From positions 96,001 to 160,000 of the forward strand of contig JBBQQR010000001.1 in assembly GCA_038215615.1 (NCBI GenBank): a stretch of DNA of 64,000 bases. The letters are read 5' to 3'. Shown piece by piece: positions 62,756 to 64,000 of the stretch. Each line of letters begins with the position of its first letter. Position 1 is the stretch's first letter. This DNA is from Vulcanimicrobiales bacterium. Its GTDB lineage: Bacteria; Vulcanimicrobiota; Vulcanimicrobiia; Vulcanimicrobiales; Vulcanimicrobiaceae. The translations under genes were made by a program, and so were the position numbers. The notes beneath the pieces were generated by a model. That model searched no databases. It saw nothing but the letters and a program-made list of their open reading frames with translations, and was not told the origin of the DNA.

Positions 62756-63857
62756 ATGAGCGACTCTCAGCTCACCGCAATAGGCCGGCTCTCCGAGCGA
62801 CTCGTGACGCTCAAGGAGCGTCTTTGACTATTCCGGCAAGACGCGGCTGATCAGCGAGCTCGACGCCCGCACCCGCAACGAAGAGTTTTGGAACGATCCG
62901 CAATCCGCGCAACGCGTGATGAAGCAGCTCTCTGAGCTGCGCGCCGACGTTGATGCGATGGACGCGGTATCGCGAACGCTGAGCGACGCTCGCGAACTGC
63001 TGACGCTCTTCCCCGATGATGGTTCGGCAGACAGCGAGATCGACGCGAACCTCGCGCTGGCCGAGAAAAGTCTGGACGAAGCCGAAATGGCCGCGAACTT
63101 CGACGGGGAGTTCGACGCGCACAACGCCATCGTCAGCGTTTACGCCGGGGCCGGCGGCGTCGACGCCGCCGACTGGACAGCGATGCTCGCGCGCATGTAT
63201 TCGCGCTGGGCCGAAACCAAGGGTTTTTTGACGCACGTCGTCGACGAGTCGCCTGCCGAAGAAGCCGGCCTGAAGTCGATTACGTTCTTTGTTCGGGGGC
63301 GCAACGCGTATGGAACGCTGGAAAGCGAACGCGGAGTCCACCGCCTAGTGCGCATCTCGCCGTTCGATGCCGCCCACCGCAGGCACACATCGTTTGCCGC
63401 GGTTGACATCATCCCGGAGATCGAAACCGGAGAAAACGTGCAGGTTGAGATCAATCCTGAAGATTTGCGCTTCGAAACGTTCAAGTCCGGCGGCGCGGGT
63501 GGCCAATATGTTAACAAAACCGAGTCGGCCGTGCGCATCATCCACGAGCCCAGCGGCCTGATTGCGGCCTCGCAGCAAGAACGCTCGCAAGCGCAGAACC
63601 GCGACGTTGCGATGAATATTCTCCGCGCGAAACTCGTGCAGCGCGAATTAGAGATGCGGGATAAGAAATTGGCCGAACTGCGCGGCGAGCGCAGCGCCAA
63701 TGAATGGGGATCGCAGATCCGCTCCTACGTCCTCAATCCATATCAGCTTGTCAAAGATCACCGCACGAACGTCGAAACCGGAAACACGTCCGCCGTGCTG
63801 GACGGCGAGATCGACATATTCATTTGGCCGTACCTGCAGCAACGTCGCGCGCTCTAA
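62756..63857 (+). CDS. prfB: Peptide chain release factor 2, programmed +1 frameshift
   Basis: ORF0 MSDSQ...LKERL ends at CTT TGA C (62822-62828); +1 frame continues DYSGK...FWNDP; SPF tripeptide and GGQ motif. Confidence 0.97.
62813..62828 (+). promoter_or_regulatory. prfB frameshift cassette (internal SD and slippery site)
   Basis: AAGGAG-CGT-CTT-TGA-C, same layout as the canonical RF2 shift site. Confidence 0.95.
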
Positions 63858-63883
63858 GCCCGTCGGCTAGCCTGCGCGACGGC

Positions 63884-64000
63884 GTGCTTTGGGCTGCCGT
63901 GGCGGCGTATGCGGCCTTGTACTTCGCGCTCGGCTATGTCAAGTATGCCGCGCATCGCAACTTTGTGGACCTCGGCATCTTCGCACAGACCACGGCCAGC
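63884..64000 (+). CDS. DUF2079-like membrane protein, 5' part; runs off window end (alternative TTG start 63824)
   Basis: VLWAAVAAYAALYFALGYVKYAAHRNFVDLGIFAQ: TM followed by the DLGIF.Q motif. Confidence 0.65.
   Translation, partial: MLWAAVAAYAALYFALGYVKYAAHRNFVDLGIFAQTTAS

Overview
GC-rich, gene-dense bacterial chromosome segment made mostly of housekeeping genes. The mix of TolC (diderm), RNase J, LCP protein, futalosine menaquinone genes and dnaK-grpE-dnaJ suggests a diderm Terrabacteria lineage such as Candidatus Eremiobacterota/Vulcanimicrobiota (inference only). In order, it carries: an RND pump 5' end, lipA-lipB-lpdA, mutY, two tandem S9 peptidases, a Tat multicopper oxidase, nth, a VIT1 transporter, acyl-CoA dehydrogenase and scoAB, ABC transporters, dnaJ-grpE-dnaK, an HtrA protease, a YIP1-TolC-MacAB-like exporter, rnj, an amidase with a small Tat partner, ftsK, mqnEAC, mnmA, rodZ-yajQ-rimO-LCP-deacetylase, an NHL lipoprotein, a GAF histidine kinase, secA, about 7.4 kb of accessory genes, and prfB with its programmed +1 frameshift. 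No rRNA, tRNA, CRISPR array, integrase or transposase was recognised. The most notable observations are: (1) a 35-bp inverted repeat pair bracketing a 4.86-kb accessory block after secA; (2) a short repeat present three times, twice translated in-frame inside lipB and ftsK; (3) a recurring RGG-N17-(C/A/T)G(A/T)A-N9-11-start motif suggesting non-canonical, leaderless promoters; (4) a Tat-signal GatC/AtzG-like protein coupled to a signal-less amidase; (5) a harpin-like GDPH autocleavage candidate; (6) a histidine kinase that appears to need a non-canonical start codon. None is demonstrated to be a new system from sequence alone.
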